This document shows positions 11,648 to 21,208 of a stretch of DNA of 64,000 nucleotides, in pieces (position 1 is the stretch's first letter; each line of letters opens with the position of its first letter). The notes below the pieces were generated by a model that was not told the origin of the DNA, made no database searches, and was given only the letters and a program-made list of their open reading frames with translations. Made by a program: the position numbers and the translations under genes. This DNA comes from Actinomycetota bacterium. GTDB lineage: Bacteria > Actinomycetota > Actinomycetes > Nanopelagicales > Nanopelagicaceae. Location: assembly GCA_041165585.1 (NCBI GenBank), contig JBEANF010000013.1:7692-71691 (forward strand), given 5' to 3'.

Positions 11648-12450
11648 TGTTAAAAGGTGCCGTTTTAGGCTCGCCCATCGCTCATTCCTTATCCCCAGTT
11701 CTCCATAACACCGCTTTCTCGCTTTTATCGATCGACGGAAGCTATGAAGCAATTGATGTTCCTAGTGGAACATTGGCAGAATTCTTTACTGCATCCCAAG
11801 AGAATTTTGACTACCTCTCTCTGACGATGCCATTGAAGGAAGAGGCCTTAAGTCTTGCTCTTAATTTTGATCCACTCAGTATCCGAATCGGTTCTGCCAA
11901 CACTCTATATCGCATTGGGGATCAATGGCATGGTACTTCTACAGATGGATCGGGATTACTCTCCGCACTAAAAGTTGCGGGGCATTCTTCCTTTTCGAAC
12001 GTTTTAATTCTTGGCGCAGGTGGTACAGCTCGTGCTGCTGCCGGAGCGCTCGATCACATTTCAAAGAAAATCTCCGTTATGGGCAGAACGTCATCTCGCC
12101 GGGATGCCCTACAGAAGTGTGTGACTAGTTCCAATTTTGAGTATCTACCTTGGAATAACCAGGCAGACCTCGCCGAATATGATTTAGTGGTTAATACAAC
12201 TCCTGCAGGAGCAGCAGATCTTTTAGCAGAGAACCTTCCAAATGCGGTTTCAGCGCCACTCTTTGATGTGATCTACAAGCCGTGGCCGACAGTTCTAGCT
12301 TCTCGATGGAGTGACCGTGGGGGAGGGGTGTTGAGCGGTAAAGAACTCTTGCTATGGCAAGGTTTAGATCAATTAGCTTTAGTTTTAGGAAAGACGCTAG
12401 ATGTCAGTGTCATAGCACCACCTTTACGTGAACGTTTACTTCAATCTTAG
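11647..12450 (+). CDS. aroE: Shikimate dehydrogenase
   Basis: GSPIAHSLSP, TMPLK, ANT, TD, GAGGTARA and NTTP motifs. Confidence 0.93.
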   Translation: MLKGAVLGSPIAHSLSPVLHNTAFSLLSIDGSYEAIDVPSGTLAEFFTASQENFDYLSLTMPLKEEALSLALNFDPLSIRIGSANTLYRIGDQWHGTSTDGSGLLSALKVAGHSSFSNVLILGAGGTARAAAGALDHISKKISVMGRTSSRRDALQKCVTSSNFEYLPWNNQADLAEYDLVVNTTPAGAADLLAENLPNAVSAPLFDVIYKPWPTVLASRWSDRGGGVLSGKELLLWQGLDQLALVLGKTLDVSVIAPPLRERLLQS

Positions 12451-12505
12451 TCACAGCTGTTGAGATCTTTAAACTCAATATGATTTACCTCCGTACTCTT
12501 TCTAT

Positions 12506-12919
12506 GTGACTCTTACCCTGATTCTTCTTCTCGGATACATATCTGTAGTTGATTTTTTGTCACATCGAATTCCAAACCGAGCGCTGGTTCTTCTGGCCAT
12601 AATTTCGTTTCTGCGCCCCGAATTTAGGTTTTTGAACTGGTGGAACCAATTATCTTTTTCCCTCACTATCCTTTTAACTCTTTTAATCTTCTACCTCATC
12701 TTCAATCTGGGAATGGGGGATGTCAAAATGATGATGGTTCTGAGCCTTACGGTAATTCCAGCAGAGCTCTCCTTATATCGAAACTTCCTGTGCGGATTTC
12801 TCACTGCCAGTTCGATCCACACTCTTTGGCAGCTGAATCGTGGATTGAGAAAAAATCCATATATACCGCTTGCGCCATCTATTTCCATCGCCACGATCGT
12901 GGTTCTGACGACTAATTAG
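12506..12919 (+). CDS. Small prepilin peptidase (A24 family)
   Basis: Hydrophobic; D..SHRIPN and GMGDVK catalytic Asp motifs, C-terminal IPLAP. Lies between aroE and aroC as in other actinobacteria. Confidence 0.75.
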   Translation: MTLTLILLLGYISVVDFLSHRIPNRALVLLAIISFLRPEFRFLNWWNQLSFSLTILLTLLIFYLIFNLGMGDVKMMMVLSLTVIPAELSLYRNFLCGFLTASSIHTLWQLNRGLRKNPYIPLAPSISIATIVVLTTN

Positions 12920-12949
12920 GCGACATAGTTCTCGAAGTTCTGCCAGAAT

Positions 12950-14137
12950 ATGCCAATGCGTTGGTTAACGGCTGGTGAATCACACGGTCAGGCTCTTTCG
13001 GCAATTATCGAAGGCATCCCTGCTCATGTATTGATCGATTCTTCATTTCTTGATCATCACTTGGCGCGTCGTCGTTTGGGTTTTGGACGCGGAGCTCGGC
13101 AGAATTTCGAGGCCGATAAAATTTCAATATCAGGCGGAGTGCGTTTAGGTGTGACCCAAGGTGGCCCAATCAGCATCCAGGTAGGTAATTCGGAGTGGCC
13201 TAAATGGGAGAAGGTGATGAGCGCCGACCCGGTTCCAGCTGAAGAAATCTCACACCTGGCAAGAAATGCTCCACTTACTCGACCTCGTCCAGGTCATGCC
13301 GACCTCGTCGGAATGCAAAAGTATGATTTTGATGATGCACGTCCAATACTTGAGCGGGCCAGCGCTCGTGAAACTGCTGCACGTGTAGCTCTCGGTGCAG
13401 TTGCTCGTGCTTTCTTGGAGCAAAGTGTCGGCATCAGAATTCTCAGCCATGTAATCTCAATTGGTTCGGTGCGAGTTCCTGAGGCAACACCACTTCCGGC
13501 CCAAGATGAACAATCTCGAATTGATGCAGATCCAGTTCGCTGTGCCGATCCAGCGACAAGCGCTCTCATGATGGCAGAAATCGAAAGTGCACACTCAGAT
13601 GGAGATACTCTCGGAGGCGTCTGTGAAATTTTGGCCTACAACTTGCCGCCTGGTTTAGGTTCACACGTTCATTGGGATCGTCGCCTAGATGCTCGTTTAG
13701 CTGCGGCGATGATGGGTATTCAGGCGATTAAGGGTGTCGAAATTGGGGATGGATTTACAACGGCCACTCGTCGCGGATCTTCAGCTCATGATGAGATTGA
13801 GAAGAATGTAGATGGCGCGATTGTTCGCCGTAGCGATCGAGCAGGTGGAACTGAGGGCGGAATGTCTAATGGTGAAATCTTGCGAGTGAGCATTGCTATG
13901 AAACCGATCTCAACTGTTCCTAAAGCTCTCGACACGATTGATGTAGCAACTGGTGAAGCGGCAAAGGCAATTAACCAGCGATCTGATGTCTGTGCCGTTC
14001 CAGCCGCTGGTGTTGTTGGAGAGGCGATGGCGGCCTTAGTTCTGGCAGAGGCTGTGCTTGAGAAGTTTGGTGGAGATAGCGTTCAGGAGACTAAACGAAA
14101 TTATGAGTCCTACATGGCTCATCTTCGTTTTAAGTAA
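12950..14137 (+). CDS. aroC: Chorismate synthase
   Basis: [34 protein letters not shown] and RSDVCAVP. True start may be ATG 12956. Confidence 0.98.
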   Translation: MPMRWLTAGESHGQALSAIIEGIPAHVLIDSSFLDHHLARRRLGFGRGARQNFEADKISISGGVRLGVTQGGPISIQVGNSEWPKWEKVMSADPVPAEEISHLARNAPLTRPRPGHADLVGMQKYDFDDARPILERASARETAARVALGAVARAFLEQSVGIRILSHVISIGSVRVPEATPLPAQDEQSRIDADPVRCADPATSALMMAEIESAHSDGDTLGGVCEILAYNLPPGLGSHVHWDRRLDARLAAAMMGIQAIKGVEIGDGFTTATRRGSSAHDEIEKNVDGAIVRRSDRAGGTEGGMSNGEILRVSIAMKPISTVPKALDTIDVATGEAAKAINQRSDVCAVPAAGVVGEAMAALVLAEAVLEKFGGDSVQETKRNYESYMAHLRFK

Positions 14138-14139
14138 AG

Positions 14140-14664
14140 ATGCCAGTAGCAATTCTTATAGGTCCCCCTGGTGCCGGTAAATCATCAGTAGGTAGATCCC
14201 TGGCCCTGCACCTGGATACGCAGTTTCACGATACTGACGACCTCATTGAGAACGAACACGGAATGAGCGTCTCTGAAATATTTCTCGATAAGGGGGAGAC
14301 CTTCTTTAGAGAATGCGAGAAAGAGATCGTTGCTCGAGAGGTTGCAAGTTTTTCAGGAGTTCTTTCCCTCGGGGGAGGAGCAGTTATGGACAGTGCAACT
14401 AGAGAACTTCTATTGGATTCTGAGCATCCGGTAATTTTTTTAGATGTTTCATTGGCCAGTGCAGCTCCCCGCATTGGTTTTAACCGTGATCGACCGCTAT
14501 TGGTCGGTAATCCTCGAGCAAAGTGGCAGGAGTTAATGAATCTAAGACGGCCAATTTATGAAGAGTTGGCAGACATAACGATCTCATCTGATTCAGCCAC
14601 ACCCTCGCAGTTGGCTCGCGAGATCGCCTCTCGTTTAACAACATTAGGGGGCAGTCAGCGATGA
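14140..14664 (+). CDS. aroK: Shikimate kinase
   Basis: GPPGAGKS P-loop, DTD, FR..E, SLGGG and RPLL motifs. Confidence 0.95.
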   Translation: MPVAILIGPPGAGKSSVGRSLALHLDTQFHDTDDLIENEHGMSVSEIFLDKGETFFRECEKEIVAREVASFSGVLSLGGGAVMDSATRELLLDSEHPVIFLDVSLASAAPRIGFNRDRPLLVGNPRAKWQELMNLRRPIYEELADITISSDSATPSQLAREIASRLTTLGGSQR

Positions 14665-15719
14665 GAGATCCCATAAAGGTGAGCGCTGAGCATAATTACG
14701 AAGTTATATTTTCTGATAGTTGGAGAAGAAACTTGTTGTCGACGGTAGCTACACGTTCGAGGTGCGCAGTTGTATGTACGCCAACACTACGAAAAATGAT
14801 TGGTGAACTAGAAGCAGGCGATTGTGAATTTCTTTATTGCATAATCCCTGACGGGGAAGGGGGGAAGAGTCCGAATTCGCTCCTTCAACTTTGGAACTGG
14901 TTAGCAGCAGCTGGTTTTACGCGAAGCGACCTCGTTGTTGGAATCGGCGGGGGTGCCGTTACCGATATCGCTGGGTTCGCTGCGGCAACATACTTGCGAG
15001 GAATTGACTGGATTGGTATTCCAACAAGCGTTGCTGGTGCCGTGGATGCCGCTGTTGGTGGAAAGACCGGTGCCAATCTCGATTATGGAAAGAACCTCAT
15101 AGGATCTTTCTATTCCCCCAAGAGTGTCATCGTTGACACATCATGGTTTGAGTCGTTAACTGATCGAGATTTTTCTGCTGGATTAGCAGAGGTTGTTAAA
15201 TGTGGATTTATCAAAGATCCGGAAATTTTAAATCTAATATCAGGAAAGTCGGTTCAAGATATTCGCTCTAATCCCGGATTAGTATCTGAATTAACTGCCA
15301 AAGCGATTCAAGTGAAAGCAACCGTTGTCAGTGGTGATTTTCGAGAAAGTTTCGATAGGGAGATTCTCAATTACGGACATACCTTTGGCCATGCTGTAGA
15401 AAAGCACGCTTCGTATTCTTTGCGTCATGGTGAGTGCGTTTCGATCGGCATGGCTTTTATGGCGCATCTGCAATTAGAACTTGGTCTGATAAGAAGGGAA
15501 ATTTTCGATCTACATTTCTCCATCCTAAAATCGCTGAATTTACCTGTTACTTACTCAAAGGGCGAATGGGTTGAACTTCGGGCACTGATGTCGTTGGACA
15601 AAAAGGCACGTGGAGAGTCGCTTCGCTTTGTCACAATCACAGGACTTGGAGAAACCTCGCGCCTCACCGATGTTGATCCAAGCATGCTATTGGCGGCATA
15701 TGAGAGAGTACGCATATGA
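14661..15719 (+). CDS. aroB: 3-dehydroquinate synthase
   Basis: GGGAVTDIAGF, VDAAVGGKTG, KNLIG, LNYGHTFGHA and HGE motifs. Confidence 0.96.
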   Translation: MRDPIKVSAEHNYEVIFSDSWRRNLLSTVATRSRCAVVCTPTLRKMIGELEAGDCEFLYCIIPDGEGGKSPNSLLQLWNWLAAAGFTRSDLVVGIGGGAVTDIAGFAAATYLRGIDWIGIPTSVAGAVDAAVGGKTGANLDYGKNLIGSFYSPKSVIVDTSWFESLTDRDFSAGLAEVVKCGFIKDPEILNLISGKSVQDIRSNPGLVSELTAKAIQVKATVVSGDFRESFDREILNYGHTFGHAVEKHASYSLRHGECVSIGMAFMAHLQLELGLIRREIFDLHFSILKSLNLPVTYSKGEWVELRALMSLDKKARGESLRFVTITGLGETSRLTDVDPSMLLAAYERVRI

Positions 15720-16147
15720 AGGTTTTAGTGATTAATGGTCCAAATCTTTCCCGGCTAGATATCAGAGATTCATCAATCTACGGTGATATGAATTATCCGC
15801 AGTTAGTTGCTCACATTAAAGAATCTGCAGAGAGCAACGGCTTTGAGGCTGACGTGCGCCAGAGTGATGATGAGGCAACAATCATCTCGTGGCTGCATGA
15901 GGCTGCTGATGGAAATTTTCCCGTCATTATTAATCCGGCAGCATTTACCCATTACTCATATTCGATTAGAGATGCTGCTGAATTGGTAAAGGCTCCATTA
16001 ATCGAGGTTCATTTATCTAATCCTCTTTCTCGTGAGGAGTTCCGCCACACATCAGTTATTTCGGGAGTGGCAAATGGAACTATTGGGGGATTCGGTCCCA
16101 ATTCTTACTCTCTGGCATTAGCGGCTCTTAAAGCGCTGATTTCTTAA
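15716..16147 (+). CDS. aroQ: Type II 3-dehydroquinate dehydratase
   Basis: NGPNL, INPAAFTHYS and EVHLSN..REEFRH motifs. Confidence 0.96.
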   Translation: MKVLVINGPNLSRLDIRDSSIYGDMNYPQLVAHIKESAESNGFEADVRQSDDEATIISWLHEAADGNFPVIINPAAFTHYSYSIRDAAELVKAPLIEVHLSNPLSREEFRHTSVISGVANGTIGGFGPNSYSLALAALKALIS

Positions 16148-16220
16148 CTCGCTGATGGGGTAAACTCTGACACCTTGAAGCAGGCGGTATCTGGCCGCCG
16201 CAATGAACTGGAGCTCTACT

Positions 16221-16781
16221 GTGGCAACAACAAATGATCTTAAAAACGGCATGACATTAGATATTGAGGGTCAGCTCTGGACAGTCGTGGAGTTCCAGCA
16301 CGTTAAACCGGGCAAGGGGCCAGCATTTGTGCGCACCAAACTCAAGCAGGTCATGACCGGCAAGGTAGTCGATAAGACATTTAATGCCGGGGTCAAAGTT
16401 GATGTCGCAATCCTGGAAAAGCGCGAAATGAACTTCCTTTACAAGGAGGGAGATGATTTCGTCTTTATGGATAACGAGAATTTTGATCAGATGACTATCT
16501 CGGCTGGAACTGTGGGTGATGCCTCTAAATTTATGCTTGAGAATACCGAGGCAATTGTCGCAATTCATGAAGGTAATCCACTCTATATTGAACTACCTGC
16601 ATCTGTTGAACTTCTTGTTACCTACACAGAACCAGGTCTCCAAGGAGATCGTTCTTCGGGTGGAACAAAGCCTGCAACAGTTGAAACTGGAATTGAAGTT
16701 CAGGTGCCTCTATTTATTAAGCAAGATGAGAAGATACTTGTCGACACACGCGATGGATCGTATTTGGGTCGCGCAAACTAG
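16221..16781 (+). CDS. efp: Elongation factor P
   Basis: [27 protein letters not shown] and VPLFI. GTG start at 16221 after GGAG. Confidence 0.97.
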   Translation: MATTNDLKNGMTLDIEGQLWTVVEFQHVKPGKGPAFVRTKLKQVMTGKVVDKTFNAGVKVDVAILEKREMNFLYKEGDDFVFMDNENFDQMTISAGTVGDASKFMLENTEAIVAIHEGNPLYIELPASVELLVTYTEPGLQGDRSSGGTKPATVETGIEVQVPLFIKQDEKILVDTRDGSYLGRAN

Positions 16782-17203
16782 TGTCCGCACGCAGAAAAGC
16801 TAGAAAGCAGACATTGGATTTACTCTACGAATCCGATATTCGAGGCACTGATCTGCTTGTACTTTTGCAGTCACGAGAGGTTGTAGAAGAAGGCCCAGAT
16901 GCTCGCCCTATTCGGGAGTACACGCGATCTCTCGTCGAGGGCATTTACGAGCGTAAGAGAAAGATTGATGAATTAATCAGCACCTATGCCCAAGGTTGGG
17001 ATATGGATCGCCTACCTGCAGTTGATAGAAATATCCTGCGTTTAGGTATTTATGAGGTTCTTTGGATCGAAAACCTCGATGATGGAATCGTCATAGACGA
17101 GGCGCTCTCGCTAGCCAAGGATTTAAGTACTGACGATTCAGCCGGGTTTATTCATGGCGTTCTTGGACGAATCTCCTCCATTAAGAGCAGCCTCGCCCTC
17201 TAG
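16781..17203 (+). CDS. nusB: Transcription antitermination factor NusB
   Basis: ARRKAR, W..DRL..VDRNILRL and FIHGVL motifs; follows efp. Confidence 0.95.
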   Translation: MSARRKARKQTLDLLYESDIRGTDLLVLLQSREVVEEGPDARPIREYTRSLVEGIYERKRKIDELISTYAQGWDMDRLPAVDRNILRLGIYEVLWIENLDDGIVIDEALSLAKDLSTDDSAGFIHGVLGRISSIKSSLAL

Positions 17204-17265
17204 TTTTGGCGGCACGCCATGCTTGATTGCCCTTGCGAGAGTTCTCAATGGTAGCCTTGCGCTAC

Positions 17266-17302
17266 ATCCTTTAAGACCCGTCCAGAGAGGCGGGGAAGGA
17301 GA
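17266..17302 (+). promoter_or_regulatory. PyrR-binding RNA element overlapping the pyrR SD
   Basis: CCTTTAAGACCCGTCCAGAGAGGCGGGGAAGGAG matches the PyrR binding-loop consensus (UUUAA...GUCCAGAGAGGC). CCTT pairs with AAGG of the SD immediately before pyrR. Confidence 0.85.
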
Positions 17303-17307
17303 TTTAT

Positions 17308-17844
17308 ATGAGTTCAGTCCTGCCTGCGCCAGATATGTCTCGCGCACTTTCGCGCATCGCCCACGAAATCTGTGAACGCAACAATGGCGCACAATCAATC
17401 ACTCTTTTGGGAATACCCACGCGAGGTGCTCATTTGGCGCTTCGTTTAGCCGGGCTCATTGAGGCGATAGAGGGATCTCCGGTACAAGTGGGAACTCTCG
17501 ATACAACTCTTTTCCGCGATGACCTGCGATTAAAGGCTCCGCGCGCGCTCATGCCAACCTCGATCCCTGATCTTGGAATAGAAGGTCGAACCGTTGTCCT
17601 GGTCGACGATGTGCTCTTTTCAGGGAGAACTATTCGGGCAGCGCTGGATGCATTGGGCGATATTGGTCGCCCTGGGAAGGTTCAACTTGCTGTCCTGATA
17701 GATCGAGGGCATCGCGAACTTCCCATACGCGCCGATTTCGTTGGAAAGAATATTCCAACATCGATTACACAATCGGTTCGTGTTCATTTGAGCGAAATCG
17801 ATGGTGTTGACGATGTGCTTATCTCTTCGGAGGAGAAATCATGA
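17308..17844 (+). CDS. pyrR: PyrR bifunctional regulator / uracil phosphoribosyltransferase
   Basis: [30 protein letters not shown] and [17 protein letters not shown] motifs. Confidence 0.97.
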   Translation: MSSVLPAPDMSRALSRIAHEICERNNGAQSITLLGIPTRGAHLALRLAGLIEAIEGSPVQVGTLDTTLFRDDLRLKAPRALMPTSIPDLGIEGRTVVLVDDVLFSGRTIRAALDALGDIGRPGKVQLAVLIDRGHRELPIRADFVGKNIPTSITQSVRVHLSEIDGVDDVLISSEEKS

Positions 17845-18788
17845 GGCATCTTCTTTCGATAGCCGATCTGACCAAGGTTCAAGCTGTGACGGTTTTGGAT
17901 ACTGCAATGCACATGGCCAAGGCCAGCGATACACCGATGAAGAAGCTTCCAACACTTCGCGGGCGAACCATTGTCAATCTCTTTGCAGAAGACTCAACCA
18001 GAACCCGTATCTCCTTTGAGGCAGCAGCCAAACGACTATCAGCTGACGTTATAAATTTCGCCGCAAAGGGATCTAGTTTGAGCAAAGGTGAATCGCTGAA
18101 GGACACGGCTCAAACTTTGCAGGCGATGGGAGCTGATGCAGTAATTATTCGACACGGTGCAAGTGGAGCACCGGCACGACTTGCAGATTGTCAATGGATG
18201 TCTGGGGCTGTCATTAATGCTGGCGACGGAACTCATGAGCACCCTAGCCAAGCGCTACTCGATGCATTCACTATTCGTAAACACCTAGCCCAGGGTCGAG
18301 ATGATCTCCAAGGATTACGTATTGCAATCGTCGGTGATGTCTTGCATTCGAGAGTTGCGCGTTCGAATGTTCTTCTTCTTACTAAACTTGGGGCGCACGT
18401 TACTTTAGTGGCGCCTCCCACTCTTCTTCCAGTTGGAGTTGAGAGTTGGCCAGTTTCAGTGTCATATGATTTTGATTCAGTTCTTGAAACGGTCGATGTC
18501 GTCATGATGCTTCGCGTTCAACTCGAGAGAATGAATGAACTTTTCTTTCCCAATGCTCGTGAGTATTCACGCTACTTTGGTCTGAATACAACCCGCCTAA
18601 AAAAGATGCATCCTCATGCGATAGTTATGCATCCTGGCCCCATGAACAGAGGATTAGAGATCACAGCCGAAAGTGCCGATAGCGCACGCTCTGTGATAGT
18701 AGAGCAGGTTACAAATGGAGTCAGCGTACGAATGGCGATTTTGTACCTGCTCCTAGCCGGCGATACTTCAATCGAGGAAGGGGCATAA
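17841..18788 (+). CDS. pyrB: Aspartate carbamoyltransferase catalytic subunit
   Basis: [21 protein letters not shown] and HPGPMNRG motifs. Confidence 0.97.
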   Translation: MRHLLSIADLTKVQAVTVLDTAMHMAKASDTPMKKLPTLRGRTIVNLFAEDSTRTRISFEAAAKRLSADVINFAAKGSSLSKGESLKDTAQTLQAMGADAVIIRHGASGAPARLADCQWMSGAVINAGDGTHEHPSQALLDAFTIRKHLAQGRDDLQGLRIAIVGDVLHSRVARSNVLLLTKLGAHVTLVAPPTLLPVGVESWPVSVSYDFDSVLETVDVVMMLRVQLERMNELFFPNAREYSRYFGLNTTRLKKMHPHAIVMHPGPMNRGLEITAESADSARSVIVEQVTNGVSVRMAILYLLLAGDTSIEEGA

Positions 18789-20084
18789 ATGACTGTTACA
18801 TCGCAGAGCGTCCTCATTAAAAACGGAACTCTTCCAGACGGGTCAAAGAAAGATGTTTTGATCACAGATGGAGTCATTACTGCAGTTGCTAGCGGTCTTT
18901 CATCTGATTCATCAACGTTCGATGCAACTGGCATGATTGTTATGGCTGGATTAGTTGATCTGCATACACATTTGAGAGAGCCAGGACGAGAAGACTCGGA
19001 AACTGTTCTGTCAGGTTCACGTGCAGGTGTTAAGGGTGGCTATGTAGCGCTTTCGGCTATGGCGAATACATCACCAGTTGCAGACACCGCAGGAGTTGTT
19101 GAACAGGTGTACCGATTGGGACAGAGTGCAGGTTTACTGGATGTCTTTCCTATTGGCGCAGTAACGCAAGGTATTGCCGGAAAGGTGCTTGCCGAAATAG
19201 GTGCGATGGCTGATTCTGACGCCCGAGTGAGAGTCTTCAGTGATGATGGAAATTGTGTCAGTGATCCTCTTGTTATGCGAAGAGCGCTTGAATATGTAAA
19301 GAAATTCAACGGTGTCATTGCACAACATGCGCAGGAGCCCGGCCTAACGGTAGGTGCTCAAATGAACGAGGGGATTGTCAGTGCCACTCTTGGACTTAAG
19401 GGTTGGCCAGCGGTCGCCGAAGAGGCGATCATCGCTCGAGATGTACTCTTGGCAGAACATGTTGGAGCACGCCTTCACATCTGTCATCTGACCACAGCTG
19501 GTGGAGTTGAGATTATCCGTTGGGCTAAAGCACGCGGAATTCAAGTCACAGCCGAAGTTACTCCACATCATCTGATTCTTACTGATGAGAAGACTCGCGG
19601 TTATGATCCAATCTATAAAGTTAATCCACCTCTTCGCACAGAGTCTGATGTTCTAGCTTTAAGGGCCGGACTTGCAGATGGAACGATCGATATCGTTGCA
19701 ACCGATCATGCACCTCATCCGGAGGAGAGCAAAGAGTGCGAGTGGCAGGAGGCATCATTCGGGATGCTGGGCCTCGAACATGCCCTATCGATAGTTGCCT
19801 CAACCATGGTGGCAAGTGGCGCTATGAATTGGCAGCAGGTTCAGGATCGAATGAGTACTGCTCCAGCGCGTATTGGTGGTTACACCGAGCATGGAAGAGG
19901 GCTCGAAGTTGGCTCACCTGCTCACGTGACTGTGATTAACCCCAATGCGACTTACCGCGTGGACCGTGATCAATTAGAGTCTAAGTCGCGCAATACTCCA
20001 TTCCATGGAATGGAGTTGCGAGGACAGGTTGTTGCCACCTTCTTCCACGGGCGCGCGGTCTTTGCTGATGGGAGATGTGCATGA
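18789..20084 (+). CDS. pyrC: Dihydroorotase
   Basis: DLHTHLREPG, EVTPHHL, KVNPPLR, ATDHAPH and SRNTPF motifs. Confidence 0.96.
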   Translation: MTVTSQSVLIKNGTLPDGSKKDVLITDGVITAVASGLSSDSSTFDATGMIVMAGLVDLHTHLREPGREDSETVLSGSRAGVKGGYVALSAMANTSPVADTAGVVEQVYRLGQSAGLLDVFPIGAVTQGIAGKVLAEIGAMADSDARVRVFSDDGNCVSDPLVMRRALEYVKKFNGVIAQHAQEPGLTVGAQMNEGIVSATLGLKGWPAVAEEAIIARDVLLAEHVGARLHICHLTTAGGVEIIRWAKARGIQVTAEVTPHHLILTDEKTRGYDPIYKVNPPLRTESDVLALRAGLADGTIDIVATDHAPHPEESKECEWQEASFGMLGLEHALSIVASTMVASGAMNWQQVQDRMSTAPARIGGYTEHGRGLEVGSPAHVTVINPNATYRVDRDQLESKSRNTPFHGMELRGQVVATFFHGRAVFADGRCA

Positions 20085-21208
20085 GTAAGGCATATCTTGT
20101 TCTCGACGACGGACGTATATTCGATGGAGATAGCTGGGGAGCCACAGGTCGCGTATTTGGTGAAGCAGTCTTCCAAACTGGAATGACGGGTTATCAGGAG
20201 ACTTTGACAGATCCGTCTTACCACCGGCAAATAGTAGTAATGACTGCACCACATATCGGAAATACCGGAATGAATACCTTCGATAACGAAAGTTCACGCA
20301 TCTGGGTTGCAGGCTTTGTTGTTCGCAATCCTTCGCCCATCACCAGTAACTGGCGCAGTGAGGCCAGTCTTGTAGATGTGATGATCGAACAGAATATCGT
20401 TGGAATTTCAGGAGTCGATACTCGTGCCATTACCCGACACTTGCGTGATCGTGGTGCAATGCGCGTTGGAATATTTTCTGATTTAGATCTATCTCGAGAA
20501 GAGATGGTAATTGAAGTTCGCAAGAGTGCTCAGATGACTGGAGCATTCCTCAGTGAGGATGTCTCCACCCCAAAGAGCTACATTGTGAAAGCCAAAGGTG
20601 TGAAAAAATTTACTGTCGCCGCTATCGATCTTGGAATCAAAGGAGCGACACCACGCGCTATGGCAGAGCGTGGAATCGAAACCCACGTTCTTCCCTATAC
20701 AATAACTTTTGATGAGATTATGGCCACTAATCCAGATGGAGTTTTTCTCTCAAACGGCCCTGGTGATCCAGCAACAATGACAGATGTTGTAAATCTCGTT
20801 CGCGAAATTTTGGTTGAAGAGATCCCTATTTTCGGCATCTGCTTTGGACACCAAATTCTTGGTCGAGCTCTAGGTTTTGAAACCTACAAATTACAATTTG
20901 GACACCGTGGGATTAATCAGCCAGTCATCGATAAGCGCAATGGAAAAGTTGAGATCACCGCTCACAACCATGGGTTTGCAATTAAGGCTCCAACTGATGG
21001 CGAATTTACGACAGTTTTTGGTCCAGGTCGAGTAACCCACGTCTGCCTCAATGACGGCGTTGTGGAGGGGTTAGAGCTTATAGAGCAAGGTGCATTCAGC
21101 GTTCAATATCACCCTGAAGCTGCTGCAGGGCCACATGATGCCGCATATCTCTTCGATCAATTCGTCGATGTTATGCGTAAATATCCAAGGAAGGTCGGTG
21201 CGCACTGA
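20081..21208 (+). CDS. carA: Carbamoyl-phosphate synthase small subunit
   Basis: [27 protein letters not shown] and [10 protein letters not shown] 20081 overlaps the pyrC stop. Confidence 0.97.
   Translation: MSKAYLVLDDGRIFDGDSWGATGRVFGEAVFQTGMTGYQETLTDPSYHRQIVVMTAPHIGNTGMNTFDNESSRIWVAGFVVRNPSPITSNWRSEASLVDVMIEQNIVGISGVDTRAITRHLRDRGAMRVGIFSDLDLSREEMVIEVRKSAQMTGAFLSEDVSTPKSYIVKAKGVKKFTVAAIDLGIKGATPRAMAERGIETHVLPYTITFDEIMATNPDGVFLSNGPGDPATMTDVVNLVREILVEEIPIFGICFGHQILGRALGFETYKLQFGHRGINQPVIDKRNGKVEITAHNHGFAIKAPTDGEFTTVFGPGRVTHVCLNDGVVEGLELIEQGAFSVQYHPEAAAGPHDAAYLFDQFVDVMRKYPRKVGAH

Noticed and set aside
16183-16199. GGCGG-N7-CCGCC hairpin before efp as a terminator or riboswitch
   Set aside because: Short stem with no U-tract, downstream of a TAAACT -10-like box; most simply a 5' leader hairpin.
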